Shown here in pieces: positions 7,188 to 14,376 of a DNA stretch of 24,107 nucleotides (the stretch's first letter is position 1; every line of letters begins with the position of its first letter). The stretch is from a virus. Taxonomy: Duplodnaviria; Caudoviricetes. A program made the position numbers and the translations under genes. The notes below the pieces were generated by a model that was not told where the DNA came from, ran no database searches, and saw nothing but the letters and a program-made list of their open reading frames with translations. The DNA lies in IMG/VR virus record IMGVR_UViG_3300020045_006365, positions 1 to 24,107 of that record. One strand, 5' to 3'.

Positions 7188-7443
7188 CGAACGCCCTCCA
7201 GAAATTCAGTGGCAACCGGCCGACGAGCGCTACGAGGCGTTCTTTCAGGGGCTCGTGAAGCTGTCGGTGGAGCATCATCTGCGCGACGAAGAAGTCGCTG
7301 CGCTAACGGGCAAAATGCTCGGCTACAACCGGGCCTACACCCCGGACACCGCTTCCTCCGTACCGCATCTGGTCGATGTCTTCCGCCAGAACATGCGGCG
7401 CGGTTTCGATCAGATCAAATCCGGCGAGGTAAAACCGAAATGA
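7180..7443 (+). CDS. Hypothetical protein
   Basis: Overlap-coupled at both ends; helical globular-looking sequence. Confidence 0.75.
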   Translation: MSNERPPEIQWQPADERYEAFFQGLVKLSVEHHLRDEEVAALTGKMLGYNRAYTPDTASSVPHLVDVFRQNMRRGFDQIKSGEVKPK

Positions 7444-7823
7444 GCGCGATGCAAGGGCAGGTCGGTGGCGACCACTACAAGACCATGGGTATGCAACCCT
7501 TCGAGTTCACGATGGCGAACCGTTGGGACGCCCTCGCCCACACGTCGTTCAAGTACATCGCTCGTCATGCAGCCAAGGGCGGCAAGACCGATCTGCTGAA
7601 GGCCATCCACTGCTGCGAGATGCGCGTGGAACTGGCCGCCAAGTTCCCGCCCAATCCACCTGTAGGCGAGATCAGCGTCAACACGTTTATCGACGCCAAC
7701 GGCCTCGCACCTGCCGAGCGTCTGCCCCTCCGGCTGCTGACCCAATGGGTCTACAACCCTTCCGAGGGCGCGGCCCGGACCATCGAAGCGATTCATGAAC
7801 TGATCGCCCACCGCTACCCCTAA
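7440..7823 (+). CDS. DUF3310 family protein (T7 gp1.7-like nucleotide kinase)
   Basis: QVGGDHYK...QP.EF...KYIARHAAKGG..DLLKAIH motif. Start reassigned to ATG 7440 (GAGGT RBS, ATGA overlap). Confidence 0.85.
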   Translation: MSAMQGQVGGDHYKTMGMQPFEFTMANRWDALAHTSFKYIARHAAKGGKTDLLKAIHCCEMRVELAAKFPPNPPVGEISVNTFIDANGLAPAERLPLRLLTQWVYNPSEGAARTIEAIHELIAHRYP

Positions 7824-7838
7824 CCAAGGACCTTCCTG

Positions 7839-8549
7839 ATGACCGAATACGTTTCCGCCCAGCCCGGCGATTGCATCCTGATCCGCGACGAGGAAGCCGC
7901 CCACGGCTTCGTCAGCGTCCCGGTGGTGGCCTATACCTTCGTGGACGGCAAGATCGCCTTCCCGGTCACCCCCATGGCGACAGGCGGCCTCGTGAAGGCC
8001 GCTCGTGCCCTGCTGACCGGCGGCATGGTGATCGACCGTGGTTTCGCCATCCCCTTTGACGGCCCGGCCGAGTGGTTGGCGTGGGCGGCCACGGTCGAAC
8101 CCGACGAGCACGAAGAGCCCGCCGTCGAAAGCCTCGACCCCCTCGACAAGTCGATGGGCAATGACACCCAGCGCGGCAACGAGACCGCCGAGCAGACCCG
8201 CGCGCGTCTGCTGCGCGAAAATGCCAACACCCCGCACACGGATGTCACTGGCAGCGCCCGTCGTTCGAGTACACGGAAGACCTTCGCCAGCAAATCCTTC
8301 TGGTCCCGCACGCGCACCGACGGGGTGACCGAGGTCGCCACCATCGAACCCGGCTGGGGCCTGCCCCTCGATCACGAGGGCTGGGAGAAGATCAAGCGCG
8401 ACGACTTCGCCAACTACAAGCGCGATGCCAAGAACGGCGAGTCCGTGGTCGTGCGCGAGTGGTCCGAGAAGGACGGCGTGATCGAGGCCGGTAGCGCCGC
8501 AGAAGCCGAGCAGTCGGCGCTCGACGCCGATGTCGAGGACCTGATCTAA
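7839..8549 (+). CDS. Hypothetical protein with acidic C-terminal tail (DVEDLI)
   Basis: AAGGA RBS, 236-aa ORF with typical codon usage. Confidence 0.85.
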   Translation: MTEYVSAQPGDCILIRDEEAAHGFVSVPVVAYTFVDGKIAFPVTPMATGGLVKAARALLTGGMVIDRGFAIPFDGPAEWLAWAATVEPDEHEEPAVESLDPLDKSMGNDTQRGNETAEQTRARLLRENANTPHTDVTGSARRSSTRKTFASKSFWSRTRTDGVTEVATIEPGWGLPLDHEGWEKIKRDDFANYKRDAKNGESVVVREWSEKDGVIEAGSAAEAEQSALDADVEDLI

Positions 8550-8586
8550 AATGGCCCTCGGTGGTAGAAATTCAGAGGACGGGAAC

Positions 8587-8853
8587 ATGGCGGAAGACGG
8601 CGTAGCGCAGGACCAACTTCGGGCCTTTATCGAGCGCGTAGAACGCATGGAAGAAGAGAAGGCCGCCATCGCGACCGACATCAAGGAAATCTACGCCGAG
8701 GCCAAGGGTAACGGCTTCGACACCAAGATCATGCGCAAGATCATCGCGATCCGCAAGCAGGACGCCAACGAGCGCATGGAGCAGGAAGCCCTGCTCGAAC
8801 TCTACATGTCGGCGCTCGGCATGGTCGCCGCGCCGCCTGACGACGACATCTGA
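8587..8853 (+). CDS. gapR: GapR / DUF2312 nucleoid-associated DNA-binding protein
   Basis: [48 protein letters not shown]...[12 protein letters not shown] is the canonical DUF2312 sequence. GAGGA RBS favours ATG 8587 over 8551. Confidence 0.93.
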   Translation: MAEDGVAQDQLRAFIERVERMEEEKAAIATDIKEIYAEAKGNGFDTKIMRKIIAIRKQDANERMEQEALLELYMSALGMVAAPPDDDI

Positions 8854-8855
8854 TC

Positions 8856-9149
8856 ATGGCACACCCCGGCATTCCTGACAGTCCGCCGGACCTTGAAACC
8901 GTGTTCCGCCGCATCGCGGAACTCGGTCACTCAGGGTCGATCAACATCGTCCCTACGCGGCTCCAGACCGGCGCAATCGGTTGGCAGGTATCGTGTCAGC
9001 GCCGCCAGTCGGTCGCCTATAGCGTCTCCGTCGGCTCGGACCTTATGACCGTCCTGCTCGACGCTATCGGCCCGGCGGCCTTCCAGTCGTGGAAAGACTG
9101 GCTCCAGTTGCCCGACCCTCTGCCGGGCGACGTGAGCGATCTGATATGA
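8856..9149 (+). CDS. Hypothetical protein ending in DVSDLI
   Basis: Fills the gap between gapR and the 9146 ORF; ATGA overlap at its end. Confidence 0.75.
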   Translation: MAHPGIPDSPPDLETVFRRIAELGHSGSINIVPTRLQTGAIGWQVSCQRRQSVAYSVSVGSDLMTVLLDAIGPAAFQSWKDWLQLPDPLPGDVSDLI

Positions 9150-9412
9150 GCGTCCAGATGGGCAAGATCGAGCGGAAGATCAGGGACATCCTGAAAGCTA
9201 CCGGCTTGCCGTGGGACATGATACCGGCGCGGAAGCATTGGCTTCTCTACCTCGACGGCCAAATGGTCGGAGTCCTCTCCCGAGGGCTTGGGGGCGGCGA
9301 GGCTGATGCCGGAACCCGCCACATCGAATCACACATTAAAAGGTTTGTGAAACAACATGCTGACGGACGAGTACACGCCCAGCCGGGAGCTAGAGATCGG
9401 AAAGGCCGCTGA
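9146..9412 (+). CDS. Hypothetical basic protein (MSVQMGKIERKIRDIL...)
   Basis: Start reassigned to the ATGA overlap at 9146. The 3' end runs 56 nt into the endonuclease gene. Confidence 0.7.
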   Translation: MSVQMGKIERKIRDILKATGLPWDMIPARKHWLLYLDGQMVGVLSRGLGGGEADAGTRHIESHIKRFVKQHADGRVHAQPGARDRKGR

Positions 9413-9833
9413 ACATCTGGTCTGCGCCGATCTGTTGCTGAAAGGCTATGCGGCGTTTCTCTCCGATCAGGGACTTCCTTATGACGTGGTTGTTGATTTC
9501 AAAACTCAACTTCTACGTGTCCAAGTTAAAGGCACTTTGCAGCCTAGAAACCTAGCGTCTGCTAAGCGAACATCCTCCAGAGGATATTGCTTTAATCTTC
9601 GTCGGAGCACTGCCCGAGGGGTGATGCCTTTGTCCGTCAAGGATTGCGACATCGTTGCTCTAGTGGCGATAGACCTGAAGCATATTGCCTATGTTCCAGT
9701 TCATCTATGCCCGCAAACGTTGAGCCTGATGCCACCGGGACACGTTTTCAAGAAGCACTACAGCCGAAAAACCGAGCTAACCATAGACCAACACCCTTTC
9801 GAGAAAGCCCTAGAAGAACTATGGACAATTTGA
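9357..9833 (+). CDS. PD-(D/E)XK endonuclease, I-Ssp6803I/PDDEXK_5-like, probably a free-standing homing endonuclease
   Basis: GKAAEHLVCADLLLKGY...PYDVVVD...LLRVQVKG motif. Low GC: hand count 40% at 9481-9540 and 45% at 9541-9600, versus 70% at 8041-8100. Confidence 0.85.
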   Translation: MLTDEYTPSRELEIGKAAEHLVCADLLLKGYAAFLSDQGLPYDVVVDFKTQLLRVQVKGTLQPRNLASAKRTSSRGYCFNLRRSTARGVMPLSVKDCDIVALVAIDLKHIAYVPVHLCPQTLSLMPPGHVFKKHYSRKTELTIDQHPFEKALEELWTI

Positions 9834-10486
9834 TTACCGAGGGGCCTTTCAAGGGGCTGGTGAAAAATGGATACCGCGTTATAGCGGCCGATCCGCCATG
9901 GTCTTTCAAAGCTCGCTCCGACAAGGGCCTCGGACGTTCCGCTGAACGCCACTACCACTGCATGAACCTCGACGACATCATGACGATGCCGGTGCGCGAT
10001 CTAGCCGCAAAAGACTGCGTACTGCTGATGTGGGTGACTGACCCTATGCTGCAACTCAGTTTCAAAGTCGCCGAGGCGTGGGGCTTCAAATACTCGACCG
10101 TCGGGTTCTATTGGGCCAAGACGAATCAGGACAACGAGACCCCGTTTACCGGCATGGGGTTCTGGACTCGTGCCAACCCTGAACAGCTTCTTGCCTGCGG
10201 AAACAACCTCGACGACGACATGTCTCAGGTGCATCTCTTCACTAAGGGGCATCCGAAGCGCCAGAGCGCAGCCGTGAAACGCCTGCTGGTGTCGCAACGC
10301 AGGGAGCACAGCCGCAAGCCCGAAGACTTTTTCACGCAAACCGAAAAGCTGGTCAACGGCCCGTATATCGAACTGTTCGCCCGAGAAGAGCGATCCGGCT
10401 GGACTACCTTCGGCAACGAGGTCGGCAAGTTCCGCCGGGCCGAGGGCCTTGAACTGCTGCACCGCGACGTGAGGGATTTAGTGTAG
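9821..10486 (+). CDS. MT-A70 family DNA N6-adenine methyltransferase
   Basis: YRVIAADPPW, LLMWVT, AWGFKY, GMGFWTRAN.E, REHSRKPE, YIELFARE..GW..FGNE motifs. Start reassigned to ATG 9821. Confidence 0.93.
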   Translation: MDNLITEGPFKGLVKNGYRVIAADPPWSFKARSDKGLGRSAERHYHCMNLDDIMTMPVRDLAAKDCVLLMWVTDPMLQLSFKVAEAWGFKYSTVGFYWAKTNQDNETPFTGMGFWTRANPEQLLACGNNLDDDMSQVHLFTKGHPKRQSAAVKRLLVSQRREHSRKPEDFFTQTEKLVNGPYIELFAREERSGWTTFGNEVGKFRRAEGLELLHRDVRDLV

Positions 10487-10489
10487 GCC

Positions 10490-11140
10490 ATGGCGCTCGA
10501 CCCCAAGGACAGGGACAGGCTGGAGAAGCTGCTGAACATGTTGGGCTCGCCGAACGAAGGCGAGATCGGCAATGCTGGCCGCATGATCCAGAAGATGGCG
10601 ACACGTTATAACGTAACGCCTGCCACCCTATGCCTCGGCAACCCGGTCGATCCTGAAGCCAAGGTCGAGCCCAAGGCTAATCCGTGGCCGGGTCCCGGTG
10701 GCTTCGCTCGCGGAGGCTCGTGGGGCAGCGCTCGACGCGGTGGATTCGGCTTTGCTGATTTCGATTTCAACCAAGACGACGTGCGCGAGCAGGCCGAGGC
10801 CAATGAACGCCGTCGGCAGGCACAGGAGCGCCAACGCGAAGAGTTCCACCGTCGCCGGGAGGAAGAGATCAGGGAGGCCGGTCGCCGGGCCGCGCAGGAG
10901 CGCCAGCGGGAGGAAGCCCGCCGCAAGCGCCGATACTTCTCCGGCAGCTACTTCGGCCTGCTGGCCCGCCTGAAGGGGGTCTACGACGACCGTTTCGACG
11001 TGCTGCCGGACTACGCCCGCGACTTCATGGAAACCGTGCTGGAATCCTGCCGGGCTGACCGAATGATGACGACCAAACAACGTGACCTCGGCCGCGCCCT
11101 GCTGAAGGAATTTGAGCAAGAAGAGGACCCATTCATATGA
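10490..11140 (+). CDS. Hypothetical protein, DUF2786-like N-terminus with charged coiled coil
   Basis: RLEKLLNMLGSPNEGEIGNAGRMIQK resembles DUF2786-type helices; long E/R-rich helix; RGG-containing linker. Confidence 0.7.
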   Translation: MALDPKDRDRLEKLLNMLGSPNEGEIGNAGRMIQKMATRYNVTPATLCLGNPVDPEAKVEPKANPWPGPGGFARGGSWGSARRGGFGFADFDFNQDDVREQAEANERRRQAQERQREEFHRRREEEIREAGRRAAQERQREEARRKRRYFSGSYFGLLARLKGVYDDRFDVLPDYARDFMETVLESCRADRMMTTKQRDLGRALLKEFEQEEDPFI

Positions 11141-11601
11141 TCATCGGAACCGCAGGGCACCGGCCCCAGAAGACAGGCGGCCGTCCACTCGATCTCCTGC
11201 TGCTGGCGCAACGGGCCATCTTGCGCGAGAACCCGGACTCCGTCATCACGGGCATGGCTACAGGCTGGGATCAGGCAATCGCTCGGGCCTGTTTCGGCTT
11301 GGGCATTCCCTACATAGCGGCCGTGCCGTTCGAGGGGCAGGAGAGCCGCTGGCCGGACGCTGTGCAGATGGAGTATCGTAGCCTGCTCGGCGGGGCCGCC
11401 AAGGTCGTCTATGTGTCCGTGCCCGGCTATCATCCCGCCAAGATGGCGAAGCGGAACCAGTGGATCGTGGACCACTCCGACAAGATGCTCGTGCTCTACG
11501 ACGGCATGGGCGACAGCGGGACGGCAGATGCCGTCGGTCGGGCCGACCTCGCAGGGCTGGTGATTACAAACTGCTGGCAGGAGTGGCTGGAAGCACGGTG
11601 A
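11137..11601 (+). CDS. YspA/DUF1273-type SLOG family protein
   Basis: TAGHRP, ITGMATGWDQ, AAVPFEGQESRW, KRNQWIVDHSD, YDG...SGTADAV motifs. Confidence 0.88.
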   Translation: MIIGTAGHRPQKTGGRPLDLLLLAQRAILRENPDSVITGMATGWDQAIARACFGLGIPYIAAVPFEGQESRWPDAVQMEYRSLLGGAAKVVYVSVPGYHPAKMAKRNQWIVDHSDKMLVLYDGMGDSGTADAVGRADLAGLVITNCWQEWLEAR

Positions 11602-12073
11602 AAATGTTGCTGGTCGCCGTGCTCTTCTTCTCCGGCCATTCGGGGATTTGGATCGTCCACGTCGCCCGCAGCCGGTATCGACCGGGCTCCATGGAGCAGT
11701 TCTTTCCGACGAACCAAGTCAGAGATACACGCCGATCTGGCAGCACGACATCGGTGCTGTAATTGGTCGCCCCGGACCCCACGCAGATCGGAGAGAATAG
11801 CGCGTCGGCTTCCTCCCGCTGGACCTCTACGACCCACATGCCGGAGAAGTTCTGTCGGATCGTGCGGTCGTAGATCATCAGCGGGTCTTCGCCCGTGATG
11901 TGATCCGGTACGAATAGCTCGTTGATCGCGATCCACGCATTGGGCGGCACGGTGGCCCGGTATTGACGAACAGAGAGCGTCGAAAAATAGATCACGCCAA
12001 TCGCGAGCACGATGGCTACAGCCGCCTCAAGTGCGCGTTGACGCCACCAGTACCAATCGAGAAGCCTTTTCAT
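11564..12073 (-). CDS. Membrane-anchored protein at the end of the lysis cassette
   Basis: Basic N-terminus, one TM segment (AAVAIVLAIGVIYF), beta-rich soluble domain with two Cys; ATGA overlap with the upstream gene. Confidence 0.75.
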   Translation of the reverse strand: MKRLLDWYWWRQRALEAAVAIVLAIGVIYFSTLSVRQYRATVPPNAWIAINELFVPDHITGEDPLMIYDRTIRQNFSGMWVVEVQREEADALFSPICVGSGATNYSTDVVLPDRRVSLTWFVGKNCSMEPGRYRLRATWTIQIPEWPEKKSTATSNIFTVLPATPASSL

Positions 12074-12351
12074 TGAGCGACTGCCTTTTGAATGAACCCT
12101 ATCAAGAAATCATGCGAGGCCCACCAGATGCCAATAATCGCACCAACCAAGAGCAGGATGTTCCGAATAGCCTCCAGCAACGATACGGCCGACTGGACCT
12201 TGGCGTAGAAGTTGATGGCCTGCACGGCCACGGTGGACTGCTCGGCGCTAAGGGCAATAATGTGCCCGGTCTCTACGAGGCGTCGAAGTTCCTCCAGCGT
12301 CCGTCGCTGGGCCGCGTCCAGCTTGGACGTGTCACCTTTACCCCAAAACAT
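12070..12351 (-). CDS. Holin candidate (small membrane protein)
   Basis: 93 aa, C-terminal TM (ILLLVGAIIGIWWA), GGAG RBS, located in the lysis cassette. Holin function is inferred from position only. Confidence 0.55.
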   Translation of the reverse strand: MFWGKGDTSKLDAAQRRTLEELRRLVETGHIIALSAEQSTVAVQAINFYAKVQSAVSLLEAIRNILLLVGAIIGIWWASHDFLIGFIQKAVAQ

Positions 12352-12395
12352 ACACTGCGCTCCGAATCACGGCTCTGCTGAAAAGACAATGGGAG

Positions 12396-12635
12396 CTATT
12401 GCCCCCATTGGTCACCACACAATGCCTTGCCTTGGGCATTATTGGACTTGGCCTGCCGGATCGTTTCGTCGGTGTCTTCATCAGACCAACGGATCGGCTG
12501 TAGCAGGCCATCCCATTTCTCGGCCGTGCGAAGATCGTCACAGAGGCCGTAGTCAACCTTTGCGCTTAAATCCATCGTCTTCGCGCAGCCGGTCAGGAGC
12601 AGAGTCACGCTCAGCAGCATCATCGCGGGCTTCAT
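12396..12635 (-). CDS. o-spanin (Rz1-like lipoprotein)
   Basis: MKPAMMLLSVTLLLTG|C lipobox; starts inside the 3' end of the i-spanin gene in another frame; two further Cys. Start reassigned to 12635. Confidence 0.8.
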   Translation of the reverse strand: MKPAMMLLSVTLLLTGCAKTMDLSAKVDYGLCDDLRTAEKWDGLLQPIRWSDEDTDETIRQAKSNNAQGKALCGDQWGQ

Positions 12636-12891
12636 GCGCCCGGTCGAGGGTAGTGTCCGCATTCTTCTGTTCCTCCCGGCCACGATCCTCGTAGCCGCTC
12701 TTGGCGGCCCGTTGGGACAGGATGGCGACGGCCGCTGCCGCCAACCCGGAGCCGACGATGACGAGGGCGGTCTTCGGCCCCACGGCAAGCCGGATCATGA
12801 TGAATACCCAGATGGCGATGGAGACGGCCAAGACCGCCCATACCCACCACGGGATCGAATAAACGATCAAGTGCCAGAACCATTCCAGCAT
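12553..12891 (-). CDS. i-spanin (Rz-like)
   Basis: N-terminal TM segments followed by a charged helix ending LREDDGFKR; follows the endolysin and overlaps the lipoprotein gene. Confidence 0.75.
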   Translation of the reverse strand: MLEWFWHLIVYSIPWWVWAVLAVSIAIWVFIMIRLAVGPKTALVIVGSGLAAAAVAILSQRAAKSGYEDRGREEQKNADTTLDRAHEARDDAAERDSAPDRLREDDGFKRKG

Positions 12892-13964
12892 CAGAACACA
12901 TCCTCAAATGCGGCCTTCAGGGCCTTGGCGCGATTGGCGATCATTTCGCCGCGCAGGAAAAGAACGATGACAGCCACGGTTCCGATCCCGAGCAGGATCA
13001 AGACGCCGTTCTGATCGAGGTTGGCGAACCGTTGGGCCAGCCAACCGCCGAGCGGGGCAAACAGGGCGAAGAAAGCCGCGATACGCTGCATCAGGGTCTT
13101 GTCGGAGCCCTTCGGCGGCGTGGGAACTGGCACCGGAACTTCCACAGGTACTTCGACCTTGACCTGCTCGACGACAGGGCCAGCCGAGGTCTGCGCTTCC
13201 GGCACGGTGCCCATGGAAACAAGGCCCATGTGAATCGCTGCGCGGGTCTTGGGGCCGTCTTCCCCGTCGATCTCGCCGTCGTAGTGCTTGGCGGCCTTGG
13301 CGCGGGTCTGGAAAGCACGCAGACCGGCTTCGGTGAAGTCGAACCCGAGGACGGAGAGCCCGAGCTTGGTATAGGTCGCCAGCCGATCCTCGTAGCCGTT
13401 GAGGCCCCCGTTTACTCGCTTGGTGATCTGCTCGATATTGTTGGCGTCGGCGAGGACGTTGAGCGATTTGCCGGTCGGGTTGCCCTTGGACCAGTACCAG
13501 ATCGCCGCGAGACCTTCCCACGGATCGGTGTTGATCAGGTCCGGGTCTTCAACGAAGTTCGGTGGATTGAAACCTTCAGCCTTGGCCCAATTGTAGAACC
13601 GGGTGACATTGCCGCGTCCGGTTAGTTGGATCGGCCCTTTGCCCGAGAACTTCTTGCCGTCACCCTTTTCAGTGTTGCCAAGCTGGAAGGCGAGCTTGTT
13701 GCGCGGATCGGTCTTCGTCCATGGCTTGGTGAAATCACGCTCGTAGCGCTTCTGGGCGGCCGTCGGCCCCCAGAGTTCACGGTCGTAGACGTAGCGGCCG
13801 GACTCATGCCCGGTCTGCGATCCGAACTGGACGAACCGATGCGGCTGGTCGAGCCCGACCTTGGTGCCGAACTGATCGAGCGAAAGCGCGAGCGATTTGA
13901 TGTTCACGGCTGCCTTGGCGGATACCGGCGCTGACGCTGCGCGCAGGGCTGCTTCGTAATTCAT
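12891..13964 (-). CDS. Endolysin: GH19 catalytic domain, PG-binding motif and two C-terminal TM segments
   Basis: QTGHESG, LGNTEKGDGKKFSGKGPIQLTGRGN, ITKRVNGGLNGYEDR (GH19); IDGEDGPKTRAAI (PG_binding_1-like). Start reassigned to ATG 13964 (GGAGA RBS). Confidence 0.92.
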   Translation of the reverse strand: MNYEAALRAASAPVSAKAAVNIKSLALSLDQFGTKVGLDQPHRFVQFGSQTGHESGRYVYDRELWGPTAAQKRYERDFTKPWTKTDPRNKLAFQLGNTEKGDGKKFSGKGPIQLTGRGNVTRFYNWAKAEGFNPPNFVEDPDLINTDPWEGLAAIWYWSKGNPTGKSLNVLADANNIEQITKRVNGGLNGYEDRLATYTKLGLSVLGFDFTEAGLRAFQTRAKAAKHYDGEIDGEDGPKTRAAIHMGLVSMGTVPEAQTSAGPVVEQVKVEVPVEVPVPVPTPPKGSDKTLMQRIAAFFALFAPLGGWLAQRFANLDQNGVLILLGIGTVAVIVLFLRGEMIANRAKALKAAFEDVF

Positions 13965-14014
13965 GGTCCCATCTCCATGGTCAGGATGGGGCTTTATAGC
14001 GTGTATTCGGCAGC

Positions 14015-14043
14015 TAGACCAGTCACAGTTATCCGTGTATATG
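14015..14043 (+). promoter_or_regulatory. Putative sigma70-type promoter for the 14068 gene
   Basis: TAGACC-N17-TATATG in the divergent intergenic region, followed by an AGGAG RBS. Confidence 0.5.
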
Positions 14044-14067
14044 GAAAGCCCCTGACAGGAGACAACC

Positions 14068-14376
14068 ATGGGCGACAAGAACTTATGCTGGGAAACCGGG
14101 AAGCCGCTTCCCGAGGGCATGAAAGACACTGCGCATTTCCTGACAACGGACGCGCGTACTGCGTGGAACAACCGGCGCAAAAACCGGGGCGCTGTTGTCT
14201 ACGATCTCATAATGTCTTGGCGGTATGATCGTCCGAGGGCTAAGGCCCTGAAGGTGTTTTCGTTGCTCTGCCAACTGGCGAAAGAATGGCACGACGAGGA
14301 CAAGAGTAGCGGCCGGATCAGCTTCAACCCGACCACCATCGAAGAGCGTGCAGGCGCTACTGAACCCACTCAATGA
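14068..14376 (+). CDS. Hypothetical protein, oriented against the late genes
   Basis: AGGAG RBS, own promoter-like site, protein-like sequence (AWNNRRKNRGAVVYDLIMSWRYDR); fills the gap between fibre and endolysin genes. Confidence 0.75.
   Translation: MGDKNLCWETGKPLPEGMKDTAHFLTTDARTAWNNRRKNRGAVVYDLIMSWRYDRPRAKALKVFSLLCQLAKEWHDEDKSSGRISFNPTTIEERAGATEPTQ

Noticed and set aside
7410-8684. 424-aa - strand ORF (likewise 4293..5213, 6046..6948 and other antisense ORFs in the left arm)
   Set aside because: Shadows of high-GC + strand genes that have recognisable motifs and coupled starts; no motifs of their own
9330-9870. Group I intron around the PD-(D/E)XK endonuclease
   Set aside because: The ORF overlaps both neighbouring genes, no gene is split, and there is no non-coding space for the intron core
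13965-14180. 72-aa N-terminal extension of the endolysin in the ORF track
   Set aside because: It overlaps the divergent promoter region and the 14068 gene, and a good RBS precedes ATG 13964
14061-14201. Isolated GACAAC / GTTGTC half-sites near the 14068 gene
   Set aside because: They are not arranged as GACAAC-N5-GTTGTC and not within a promoter spacer
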